In this document: positions 39,691 through 48,020 of the stretch, piece by piece | Layout: each line of letters begins with the position of its first letter | Position numbering within the stretch: the first letter of the stretch is position 1 | DNA from: an uncultured cyanobacterium | Lineage (GTDB): Bacteria > Cyanobacteriota > Vampirovibrionia > Gastranaerophilales > Gastranaerophilaceae | Length of the DNA: 64,000 nt | Direction of reading: 5' to 3' | NCBI GenBank assembly: GCA_902495705.1 | Contig: CABUXT010000008.1 | Span: 2,247-66,246, forward strand | Program-made: the position numbers and the translations under genes | The notes under the pieces: generated by a model | What the model was told of the DNA's origin: nothing | Seen by the model: the letters and a program-made list of their open reading frames with translations, nothing else | Database searches by the model: none

Positions 39691-40005
39691 ATGACAGAAG
39701 ATTGTATTTTTTGCAAAATAATTAATGGTGACTTTGGAACAGAATTTGTATACGAAACTGAAAACACCGTTGTATTTAACGATATAAACCCAAAAGCTCC
39801 GATTCACATGTTGGTTTGTCCGAAAAAACATATTGCATCATTGAATGAACTTGAGGACAAGGATTTGATGGCTGAACTTTTGCAAACAGTCAAAGATGTA
39901 ACTAAAAAAATCGGTTTGAAATCTTATAAAACACAAATTAATACAGGAAAAGAGGCTGGACAAGAAGTTTTCCACCTTCATATCCACATCTTGGGCAATA
40001 AGTAA
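39691..40005 (+). CDS. HIT-family nucleotide hydrolase
   Basis: CIFCKII N-terminus and histidine triad HLHIHILG. Confidence 0.92.
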   Translation: MTEDCIFCKIINGDFGTEFVYETENTVVFNDINPKAPIHMLVCPKKHIASLNELEDKDLMAELLQTVKDVTKKIGLKSYKTQINTGKEAGQEVFHLHIHILGNK

Positions 40006-40105
40006 TTATTACGATTTGTTAAACAACCAAATTTTCTCTAAAGTTTCTTATCTATAATGCCGTATCTTTTATTATGCAATTAAATATAAGGAGTAATAAA
40101 AGATT

Positions 40106-40741
40106 ATGGTAGACGGCGTTAATTTTAATCAACCTGTTGGACAAAGTAATGGAAATTCAAAGGATGCACCAAAAATTTATAGAGATAATGCGCCAAAAGT
40201 TTCTATTTTTACAAATAATGGGCAGCAAAATGTTACAAATGATTCAACAACGCAAGGTTTTCAAATGTTTCGAGATAGCGCACCAATACTAGATGGCGGA
40301 GATTCTACAAAGACCGATACCGGTTATCAATTATTCAGGGATAGTGCACCTAAGTTGTCAAGTGCAAATAGCGAAGAGCCTACAATAGATGGCGGAATGT
40401 TGCCAGAAGTTGTAGTCACTCCAAAACCGAAAGAGGATGTCGCAACAATAGACGGCGGAACTTTGCCAGAAGTTGAAATTGTCGGACAAAGACCAAATAA
40501 AGACGTCGCAACAATAGACGGAGGAACGTTGCCAGAAGTTGAAATTGTTGCACAAAAACCAAATAAAGACGTTGCGACAATAGACGGCGGAACATTACCT
40601 GAAGTTGAAATCGTTGGTAAAAAGCCTAATAAGGATTTAGCAAATAATACTGTGACACAAGATACACAGACTGCTGCACCTAAACATAAAAAAGGATTTT
40701 TTGCTTGGCTTGGCAGAACTTTAGGCTTTTCTAAAAGTTAA
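40106..40741 (+). CDS. repeat protein with 3x (Y/F)RD(N/S)AP and 4x TIDGGxLPEVxIV units
   Basis: 211 aa with no signal peptide seen. Four 21-22-aa tandem units, and a C-terminal amphipathic KKGFFAWLGRTLGF. Confidence 0.65.
   Translation: MVDGVNFNQPVGQSNGNSKDAPKIYRDNAPKVSIFTNNGQQNVTNDSTTQGFQMFRDSAPILDGGDSTKTDTGYQLFRDSAPKLSSANSEEPTIDGGMLPEVVVTPKPKEDVATIDGGTLPEVEIVGQRPNKDVATIDGGTLPEVEIVAQKPNKDVATIDGGTLPEVEIVGKKPNKDLANNTVTQDTQTAAPKHKKGFFAWLGRTLGFSKS
40382..40636 (+). repeat. in-frame tandem repeat, four 63-66-nt units inside CDS 40106..40741
   Basis: ACAATAGA(T/C)GGCGGAA(C/T)(T/G)TTGCCAGAAGTTGAAATTGT... repeated, encoding (V-A)-TIDGGTLPEVEIV(G/A)(Q/K)(R/K)PNKD. Confidence 0.9.
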
Positions 40742-40778
40742 TTTCGCATAATTTGAAAACTATTTTTGATATGCTAAA

Positions 40779-40815
40779 ATTGAGTAACATTGAGACGATG
40801 TTACTCAATTTGTAT
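40779..40815 (+). terminator. hairpin after the repeat-protein gene
   Basis: ATTGAGTAACAT-tgagacg-ATGTTACTCAAT followed by TTGTATTG. Confidence 0.55.
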
Positions 40816-40842
40816 TGACAAAATGAAAGGATTAAATAAAAA

Positions 40843-41694
40843 ATGAAAAATGGTATCGAAAATGGTTACTACCACGAAATTACCCCTGGGGGCTACGGTA
40901 TTGCAATAAAAGCCGGAAAAGTTTTGTTCTCTGATAATTCAGAGTTCCAAAAAGTTGAAATTTTTGAATCAGATTCTCAACTTGGCAGAGTTTTGACTCT
41001 TGATGATTTAATGATGACAACAGAAGGTGATGAATACCATTACCACGAAATGATTGCTCATATCCCAATGATGCAGCACCCTTGTCCTAAATCAGTTTTG
41101 GTAATCGGTGGCGGTGACGGCGGTACTATCCGTGAAGTTTTGAAACACAAAACCGTAGAACGTGCTGTATTATGCGAAATCGACGGTATGGTTATCGAGG
41201 CTTGCAAAAAATATCTTCCGACAATTGCTTGCGAACTTGATAATCCAAAAGTTGAAATTCTTGTTCAAGACGCAATTGAATATATCAAAGATAAAAAAGA
41301 TGAATTTGATATTATCTTGATTGACTCAACTGACCCGATGGGTCCTGGGGAAGGCTTATTTACAGATGAATTTTACACCAATGTTAAAAATTCTCTTAAA
41401 AAAGGCGGTATCATGGTTGCTCAATCTGAATCACCTTTTGCGCAAAAAGAATCTGTACAAAAAATGTACACTCAATTGAAAAAAGTGTTCCCAACCGTTG
41501 CAACATATACTTCAAACATCCCAACATACCCTGGTGGATATTGGGCTTGGGCATTTTGTTCAGTTGATGTAAAACCGCTTGAATACTACAACGAAGAACG
41601 TGCCGCAGAAATTATTCCGACTTGCAAAATTTATAACAAAGAATATCACAACGCACGCTTTGCATTGCCTAATTATTTGAAAGAACTTTTGTAA
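40843..41694 (+). CDS. speE: spermidine synthase
   Basis: VLVIGGGDGGTIREVLKH and IILIDSTDPMGPGEGLF motifs. Confidence 0.95.
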   Translation: MKNGIENGYYHEITPGGYGIAIKAGKVLFSDNSEFQKVEIFESDSQLGRVLTLDDLMMTTEGDEYHYHEMIAHIPMMQHPCPKSVLVIGGGDGGTIREVLKHKTVERAVLCEIDGMVIEACKKYLPTIACELDNPKVEILVQDAIEYIKDKKDEFDIILIDSTDPMGPGEGLFTDEFYTNVKNSLKKGGIMVAQSESPFAQKESVQKMYTQLKKVFPTVATYTSNIPTYPGGYWAWAFCSVDVKPLEYYNEERAAEIIPTCKIYNKEYHNARFALPNYLKELL

Positions 41695-41722
41695 TATTTG
41701 GCAAAAGGAAAAAGAAGTGAAA

Positions 41723-41747
41723 GAGGGGGCCATTCCCCTCTTTTTTA
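41723..41747 (+). terminator. intrinsic terminator after speE
   Basis: GAGGGG-gccatt-CCCCTC followed by TTTTTTATT. Confidence 0.7.
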
Positions 41748-41750
41748 TTG

Positions 41751-42252
41751 CATTGGGGGTACCGAATAGCGGAGGTATGAGGGAATGGTAGGCAAAAATT
41801 TGCAAATATATGCTTATACCCTCTCCGAGGGACACTAGCCGAACCAACGAGCAACGCGAGTTGAGTGAGACTGCGTGCCGTATGGCTGAGGGCAGGGTGA
41901 GGGGTTTTCAGCATATTTGAACAATAATTGCATAGTCCGAACCCTCACTCGAAATTGTAGTTTTTCGAGTTCCTCTCAAAAACAATTTCGGTCTCTCCCA
42001 TTCGGAGAGACTGGACTCATAGGTCTATGTCATTCTGAAAGGATTAAAAATCAAGGAGCGTAGCGACATAGATTTTATCCTATTCAGAATCTATCAATGC
42101 TGATTTTAATTTTTGTAAATTGACCTCTAAGAATTACTTATTAATCAAATGGATAGACCCTGAATCTAGTTCAGGGTGACTTATATGTCTAAAGCTTTCA
42201 GAATGACAGGTTAAAAAGCCTGCCCTCCTGCCTTCTCGCCTTCTTGCCCTCT
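41751..42252. repeat. repeat cluster 6 (GC-rich sub-modules, module B, linker hairpin, truncated module C, C-rich terminus)
   Basis: Module B at 42029..42107. Terminus AAAAAGCCTGCCCTCCTGCCTTCTCGCCTTCTTGCCCTC abuts the stop of 42256..43740. The 24-nt core GACTGCGTGCCGTATGGCTGAGGG recurs at 57687..57710. Confidence 0.85.
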
Positions 42253-42255
42253 TAA

Positions 42256-43740
42256 TTATATCTCGCCAAGGCTATCGATTTTGTACAAGCAACCGATTTC
42301 TTCTTGTGCCAAAACCGTAATATCATTGATATACAAAGATAACAAAGTATAGAAAATCTGTCTGTAATCCATTGGAACAATCAATTTTGGTGAATGAATA
42401 CCAAGTTTTTTAGCTTTTTTGATAATCTTTGTTGCCAATTTTTCAGCCAAAGTTCCATCAATTTTTATCAAACTGTCTTCACTTTCATCACAGCCTAAAA
42501 CGATATCAGAATAAGTTTTTTCAGAAAGCTCAAATGCGCTGATTGTTTCGCCGTCTTCGTTTGTATAATTTCTACAGATTTGTCTTGCTAAAGATAATCT
42601 GACTTTGTTCAAAATATCAGCTTTGCTGCCTTCTTCTGCAAAATCATTAATCTTTTCAAAAATATAGGTGATATTTTTAATTGAAACTTTTTCTTTAATC
42701 AAACTTGTCAAAAGGTACTTGATATCAGAATAAGTAAGCAAATCAGGAACGATATTTTCTATCAAAAATTCGTTTTCTTTTTCAACAACTTCCAAGTATT
42801 TGTCGATATCATCATAGTCTAATAAATCGTCAACATACTTAACTGCAACATATTCTAAAGCCTTTGCAATATATTCAGATGGTGTAAGTCCTTTTTGCCA
42901 AAAATCTTTTGTTTTGTCTTTTTCAATCCAAATAACTTTTCGCTCAGTTATGGCATCAACACCTGAAACAGAGTTTTTAATCTTGTGGTCAGTGTGAACA
43001 TCATCAGCGTAAAACATCAAGTATTTTGGACAAACTTCGGCTTTGAAAACTTCCATTCCGCGGATTCTGATACTAAATTCGCAAGGGTTAAGGTTTTCAT
43101 CGTCTTTGAATACAACTTTTGGAATTACGTAGCCTTTTTCTTCGGTCAATCTCAAACGAGATTTAACTGTTTCGGCAATCAATTCTTCTTCTTCCGCATT
43201 ATTTCTGTCTGAATCTACAAAGCCCAAAAGTTCTTCGCTCAAATAGATTGTCAACTTTTCTTCATGAAGTTTTGAATACATTAAATCAGGTGAAGTTGCC
43301 TTGTTTAATTGGGCTTTCAAATCTTCCATTTCTTTTAAACTTGCAGAAATTTTATCGTTAAGTTTTTTACGAGAGACAGACGCAGGTGCCTCACCTTCGA
43401 TTTCGGCTTTAATTTTGCTGATTTTTTCTTTTTGGTTTCTGATTTTTGATTGAATTTCCAAACATTGTTCGTATTCGGTCAATTTTGGAGAAAGCATTTT
43501 TTCCATTTGGCTTTTAAAATCAGAAATATTGATTATGTCGCTTTCAGAATTACTTTCGGATTTTGCCTCGCGCATAAAAATGCAGTTCAATTGAGAACCT
43601 GTTTCTTCATCCCCAACATCGTGCATGCTGTAGAGTTCCCAACCGTTCATAGACATTTCATTTAAAAGATTTTGTAAATCTTGAGCATCTTCCGCAGAAC
43701 ATGATTTGATAACATATTCCATTCTGTTTTTTCTAAACAT
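42256..43740 (-). CDS. DUF4177 + coiled-coil + FlhA-type cytoplasmic (FHIPEP C-terminal) domain protein, no membrane domain
   Basis: N-terminus EYVIKSC...LLNEMSMNGWELYSMHDV is DUF4177-like. Residues ~165-494 are collinear by eye with Salmonella FlhA-C (GYVIPKVVFKDDENLNPCEFSIRIRGMEV vs GFLPPVVHIRDNMDLQPARYRILMKGVEI; VPDLLTYSDIKYLLTSLIKEKVSIKN vs VPGVVTLTTLHKVLQNLLAEKVPIRD). AAAGGA SD. Confidence 0.6.
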   Translation of the reverse strand: MFRKNRMEYVIKSCSAEDAQDLQNLLNEMSMNGWELYSMHDVGDEETGSQLNCIFMREAKSESNSESDIINISDFKSQMEKMLSPKLTEYEQCLEIQSKIRNQKEKISKIKAEIEGEAPASVSRKKLNDKISASLKEMEDLKAQLNKATSPDLMYSKLHEEKLTIYLSEELLGFVDSDRNNAEEEELIAETVKSRLRLTEEKGYVIPKVVFKDDENLNPCEFSIRIRGMEVFKAEVCPKYLMFYADDVHTDHKIKNSVSGVDAITERKVIWIEKDKTKDFWQKGLTPSEYIAKALEYVAVKYVDDLLDYDDIDKYLEVVEKENEFLIENIVPDLLTYSDIKYLLTSLIKEKVSIKNITYIFEKINDFAEEGSKADILNKVRLSLARQICRNYTNEDGETISAFELSEKTYSDIVLGCDESEDSLIKIDGTLAEKLATKIIKKAKKLGIHSPKLIVPMDYRQIFYTLLSLYINDITVLAQEEIGCLYKIDSLGEI

Positions 43741-43744
43741 AATC

Positions 43745-44503
43745 TTATCCTTTTAATATTTTAATTGCCTCAATTGCAGTTTTAATCGCTTTTTCCGTAT
43801 CGTGTACAACAGGGTTTTCCAAGTTTTGCTTTTCTCTTTCCTGATTAGCTACAGTCAAAAATACTGAACCGACTTTTACGCCCAAATAGCTTGCTACAAC
43901 AAATAATGCAGCAGATTCCATTTCTGATGCCAAACAGCCTAGGCGTTTCCAAGCCTCCCATTTGTTCATCAATTCATAGCTGACAGGTTTGATTTCAGGA
44001 CTATGTTGACCGTAGAAAGAGTCTTTACACTGAACAACGCCTGTATGGTGTGTATAACCAAGATTTTCAGATGCTTTAATCAATGCATTAACAACATCCA
44101 AATTAGCAACCGCAGGAAATTCAATTGGAGCGTACTCTTTGCTTGTACCTTCCATACGAATTGCACCTGTTGCAATAACCAAATCGCCACCCTTGACATC
44201 TAATTGCATACCACCGCAAGTTCCAACACGGATAAATACTTCGGCACCAACATTAACAAGTTCTTCCATTGCAATAGCTGCAGAAGGACCGCCGATACCT
44301 GTTGATGTTACACTGACTTTTTCACCGTTCAAGTAGCCTGTATATGTAACATATTCTCTGTTATCCGCTACTAATTTTGGGTCATCAAAGTATTGAGCAA
44401 TTTTTTTACATCTTTTAGGGTCTCCCGGAAGAATTACATATTTGCCGACATCACCCTTATTTAAACCTATATGGTACTGTGAACCGTCTTCTGAATATTT
44501 CAT
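43745..44503 (-). CDS. udp: uridine phosphorylase
   Basis: ILPGDPKR and [16 protein letters not shown] motifs. ATG at 44503 has an AAGGA SD at proper spacing (track start 44512). Confidence 0.88.
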   Translation of the reverse strand: MKYSEDGSQYHIGLNKGDVGKYVILPGDPKRCKKIAQYFDDPKLVADNREYVTYTGYLNGEKVSVTSTGIGGPSAAIAMEELVNVGAEVFIRVGTCGGMQLDVKGGDLVIATGAIRMEGTSKEYAPIEFPAVANLDVVNALIKASENLGYTHHTGVVQCKDSFYGQHSPEIKPVSYELMNKWEAWKRLGCLASEMESAALFVVASYLGVKVGSVFLTVANQEREKQNLENPVVHDTEKAIKTAIEAIKILKG

Positions 44504-44598
44504 ATATACCATCCTTTTTAAGTAACTAGGGCACTAAGAAAATTATAAACTATTCCTCTTAGTGCCTTAGTGTCTGATAACTTAGAACTTTTTACTGT

Positions 44599-45048
44599 CT
44601 ATTGTCCTTTTAATCTTTGGATAATCAAATCTGTAACGTCAACTCCGCCAACGAAGATAACTTGGTCTGATAGAATTGCATCCAATTTTTGAGAAACCAT
44701 TACAGCTTTTGCAGCATCTTGAACTTGGTTCATGATTTGAGTTTCTCTGCTGTTTCTCAATTTGTACAATGCATCTTGTTTTGCATTAAATTCAGTTGCA
44801 GTTTGAGTTTCAAAGTTTTGTTTTTTCAATGGAGTGTCTAATGCTTTGTATTGTTTTTCTTTATCAACCATATATTGTTGTAATTCCAAACTTTTAGCAT
44901 CAATTTCCTTAACTGCTTGTTGAGCAGCAGGATAGTTATCCAAAACTTTTTGATAGTTCAAATAACCAACTTCAGCATTAGCTTTAGTTCCGATAGAAAC
45001 AGCCAAACCTGCAGCTAATATTAAAGCCATTAATTTCAAGTTTTTCAT
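44599..45048 (-). CDS. skp: OmpH/Skp-family periplasmic chaperone
   Basis: Signal peptide, 149 aa, coiled-coil-rich. Immediately downstream of bamA, the canonical position. Confidence 0.85.
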   Translation of the reverse strand: MKNLKLMALILAAGLAVSIGTKANAEVGYLNYQKVLDNYPAAQQAVKEIDAKSLELQQYMVDKEKQYKALDTPLKKQNFETQTATEFNAKQDALYKLRNSRETQIMNQVQDAAKAVMVSQKLDAILSDQVIFVGGVDVTDLIIQRLKGQ

Positions 45049-45069
45049 AATTCCTCCTATATTTGAATA

Positions 45070-47094
45070 TTAATATAATAAGTCACCTACACCAAATGTA
45101 AAGTATCCGTTTTTAGAACCGCTATGTCCAGGATTTGTAAGTGGAATACCATAATCGATTGACAACGGTCCCATTCCAGGGATAAATACTTTCAAACCGA
45201 TACCTGCAGATACCGCGTATTCAGGTCTGTCATACAATTTGTTGGAAATCGTTCCGTCAAATACTTTACCTGCATCAGCCCAAACTGTGAATCTGATATT
45301 GTTCAAGAAAGCGATTCTTGTTCTGTCCATAAACGGAATTGGTGTTGCAAATTCGGCAGAACCCATAATGAAGGCGTTACCTGTACCAACACCACTCATT
45401 TTGAAACCTCTGACAGTATAAGGGCCACCTAAACGATATGCCATAACTTCAGGAATATCTCCGTGAAGTGCGCCACCACCTTTAGCAGTGAATGTCAAAG
45501 ATGATTTTTTACCAACAGGAACATATTGTTTAATCATACCGGTAAGTTTGCCGTTTGTTTTGTCAAAACCGTTAAGTCCGATATTTTCATCAAATCTCAA
45601 ACTTGCCATTGTACCATGTCTTGTTACTGTAGCAGAATCTCTGGTATCGTAAATCAATGCAGGGCTTAATGACATAAATAGTCCGCCTTCTAACTGTTCT
45701 GCACGACGAGCAATCGGAATATTATATTTGTTATACAAACCTGAAATTCCATTGAAATCACCTTCACGAACATCAATATTTTCAACACCTAAACTGAATG
45801 ATGAAGTTGCGTGTCTGTTCTTTTTAAGTCTGTGTGCAACAGTCATTTCACCACCATATCTTCTTTCAATTGCCAACGGAATTTGGTATGAACCGAAATC
45901 TCTGAAGAACAATCTTGTATTTAAAGATGTATCGGCATTATAGAAATACGGTTTGAAATAGCTCAATTCTGCTTGAATATTCATGTGGTCTTTTACGGAT
46001 GAATCGTTCAGGATTACACCGGTACCAACCAAACCTGTCAAAGAAAGTCTTTCGCATCTGCCGCGGAAGTTGTTTTCTGCAATACCCATTGAACCGAACA
46101 AACCTGTAACTGTATCAAGACCACCACCGACAGAAATACTTGCGGTTCTTTGTTCTTGGATTTTTATTGTAATATCGTAAGCATCAGGAACTTCTTCACT
46201 AGGTTCAATTTCTCTTGTTACATCTTTGAAAGCCTGAGTTGCGTACAATCTTACCAAATCTTCTTTGATAAGATTTTCGTTATAAATCATCCCGGGTTCA
46301 GTCAAGATATTACGCGCAACAATATAATCTTTGGTCTTTTCGTTACCTTCAATCATAATTTTGTCGATAATACCTTCTTTGATGCTGATATTGATTGTAC
46401 CATCAGGGTCATCGTCAACCGAATCAACTCTAGCCAAGATATAGCCTTTTGAGGTGTAAAGTTCTTGAATTTGAGAAATTGCAGCGTTCAATTTTGCGAT
46501 ATTTTGCGGTTTTCCTTTCATATCATTAAGGGTTGCTAAAATATCTTCAATCGGAACTACTGTGTTTCCTTCAACAGTAAAATCTTTCACAGGAACATTT
46601 TCTTCTACAACGACTTTTACTGTAACTGTCCCATCATCATTTTTAGATGGAATAGCTTTCATTTTCTCTGTGAAATAGCCTGTTTCGTAAATCGTTTTCA
46701 AATCGGATTGCAGAGTTTCTCTGGTATATTCTCCGCCCTCTTTCATTTGCATTTTTTCCAGCAATTCTTGCGGAGTAATAGAGTTTAGACCATAGAATTC
46801 GATTTTTTTAATAGTTCTTTTTTCTTTATCAGCAGGCGCTGACGAAGTTGTGCTTGGAGAAGACAAGTTTGTCGGATATTGACCTGTAGTGTAATCAGGA
46901 GTTTTCTTTTCTGAATCGGAATAGTTTGTGTATTTGTCAAAAACAGTGTTAGCATAATTGTTATTGTATTGGACAGCCTCGTCAGAAAGACCCATTCCGC
47001 CCCATACGTCATCAACAGCTAAACTATGCGTTTGCGCAGTCATCGCTAAGATTAAAGCTAACATTAAATGTCTGGTAATCTTATTTAATTTCAA
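45070..47094 (-). CDS. bamA: outer membrane protein assembly factor BamA
   Basis: TTG start with AAGGGA SD, a signal peptide, POTRA repeats (IKKIEFYGLNSIT..., VKDFTVEGNTVV...), and a C-terminal beta-barrel with alternating aromatic pattern. Confidence 0.92.
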   Translation of the reverse strand: MKLNKITRHLMLALILAMTAQTHSLAVDDVWGGMGLSDEAVQYNNNYANTVFDKYTNYSDSEKKTPDYTTGQYPTNLSSPSTTSSAPADKEKRTIKKIEFYGLNSITPQELLEKMQMKEGGEYTRETLQSDLKTIYETGYFTEKMKAIPSKNDDGTVTVKVVVEENVPVKDFTVEGNTVVPIEDILATLNDMKGKPQNIAKLNAAISQIQELYTSKGYILARVDSVDDDPDGTINISIKEGIIDKIMIEGNEKTKDYIVARNILTEPGMIYNENLIKEDLVRLYATQAFKDVTREIEPSEEVPDAYDITIKIQEQRTASISVGGGLDTVTGLFGSMGIAENNFRGRCERLSLTGLVGTGVILNDSSVKDHMNIQAELSYFKPYFYNADTSLNTRLFFRDFGSYQIPLAIERRYGGEMTVAHRLKKNRHATSSFSLGVENIDVREGDFNGISGLYNKYNIPIARRAEQLEGGLFMSLSPALIYDTRDSATVTRHGTMASLRFDENIGLNGFDKTNGKLTGMIKQYVPVGKKSSLTFTAKGGGALHGDIPEVMAYRLGGPYTVRGFKMSGVGTGNAFIMGSAEFATPIPFMDRTRIAFLNNIRFTVWADAGKVFDGTISNKLYDRPEYAVSAGIGLKVFIPGMGPLSIDYGIPLTNPGHSGSKNGYFTFGVGDLLY

Positions 47095-47169
47095 GAATAT
47101 ATTCCCTTACAAACTCTCACTATTCTCCAACAAAATTGTAGCATAAATTATTTAAAAAGTACAAAATTT

Positions 47170-47988
47170 TTACATCTGTTTACCAACAGCAATTTTGTAA
47201 ACCTTATTTTTATTCATTCCGTACAGTTCAGATAGAATTATTGAGATGTCTTTTGCCCCAAAACCTTTATCTTGCAATGTTTTTATCTTGTCTTCAATTT
47301 CAGAAGTTTCGCTTTTATTTTTATCCCTAAATATCAAACAAACAAATTCACCTTTTGATACATTATTTTTCAAATGTTCAATCACGGCGGAAATTTCATC
47401 AACAACGACTTCCTCAAACACTTTGGTTAATTCTCTGCCAAATGCAACTTTTGCGTCAGGTCGAACAGTTTTGATAATTTCTAAAGACTGAATAATTCTG
47501 TTTGGCGAATCATAGAACACGAAATCGTTATACTTATATTTTGTTGCAATTTCTTCAATCTGAGTTTTGCTTTTTGGCAAAAATCCAATAAACGTGAAGG
47601 TTTCATCTTCTCGCGAAACTTGAGACAAAAACGTGATAACCGCATTAGCTCCGGCAAGTGACGTCAAACTAAAACCGTTTTTTCTAAGTTCTTTTACAAT
47701 TACGGACCCCGGGTCGCAAATCAACGGAGTTCCGGCATCAGAAACCAATGCCATTTTTTTACCGCTTTTTAAAATATCAAGAATTTGGTTAATGCGTTCT
47801 TTTTCGTTGTACTTGTGGTAGGAAACGCACTTTGTTTTTATATCAAAATGGTTAAGCAATTTTTGAGTGACACGACTGTCCTCACACGCAATTAAATCAA
47901 CAGATTTTAGAACTTCAATTGCTCGTAAAGTGATATCGCCCAAATTTCCGATAGGCGTCGGAACTACATAAAAATCAAATTCTTTCAT
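47170..47988 (-). CDS. rsmI: 16S rRNA (cytidine1402-2'-O)-methyltransferase
   Basis: FYVVPTPIGNLGDITLRAIEVLKSVDLIACEDSR. Start set at the ATG at 47988 because the track's 39 extra codons read through a G-rich repeat. Confidence 0.92.
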   Translation of the reverse strand: MKEFDFYVVPTPIGNLGDITLRAIEVLKSVDLIACEDSRVTQKLLNHFDIKTKCVSYHKYNEKERINQILDILKSGKKMALVSDAGTPLICDPGSVIVKELRKNGFSLTSLAGANAVITFLSQVSREDETFTFIGFLPKSKTQIEEIATKYKYNDFVFYDSPNRIIQSLEIIKTVRPDAKVAFGRELTKVFEEVVVDEISAVIEHLKNNVSKGEFVCLIFRDKNKSETSEIEDKIKTLQDKGFGAKDISIILSELYGMNKNKVYKIAVGKQM

Positions 47989-48020
47989 AGCCCAATTGTA
48001 GCATAAGCGACTTTTCGGAA

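Noticed and set aside
41560-41914. ORFs 41560..41847 and 41669..41914 (minus) as genes
   Set aside because: They lie entirely in the repeat cluster or speE 3' region, have odd composition and no SD, and overlap each other and speE.
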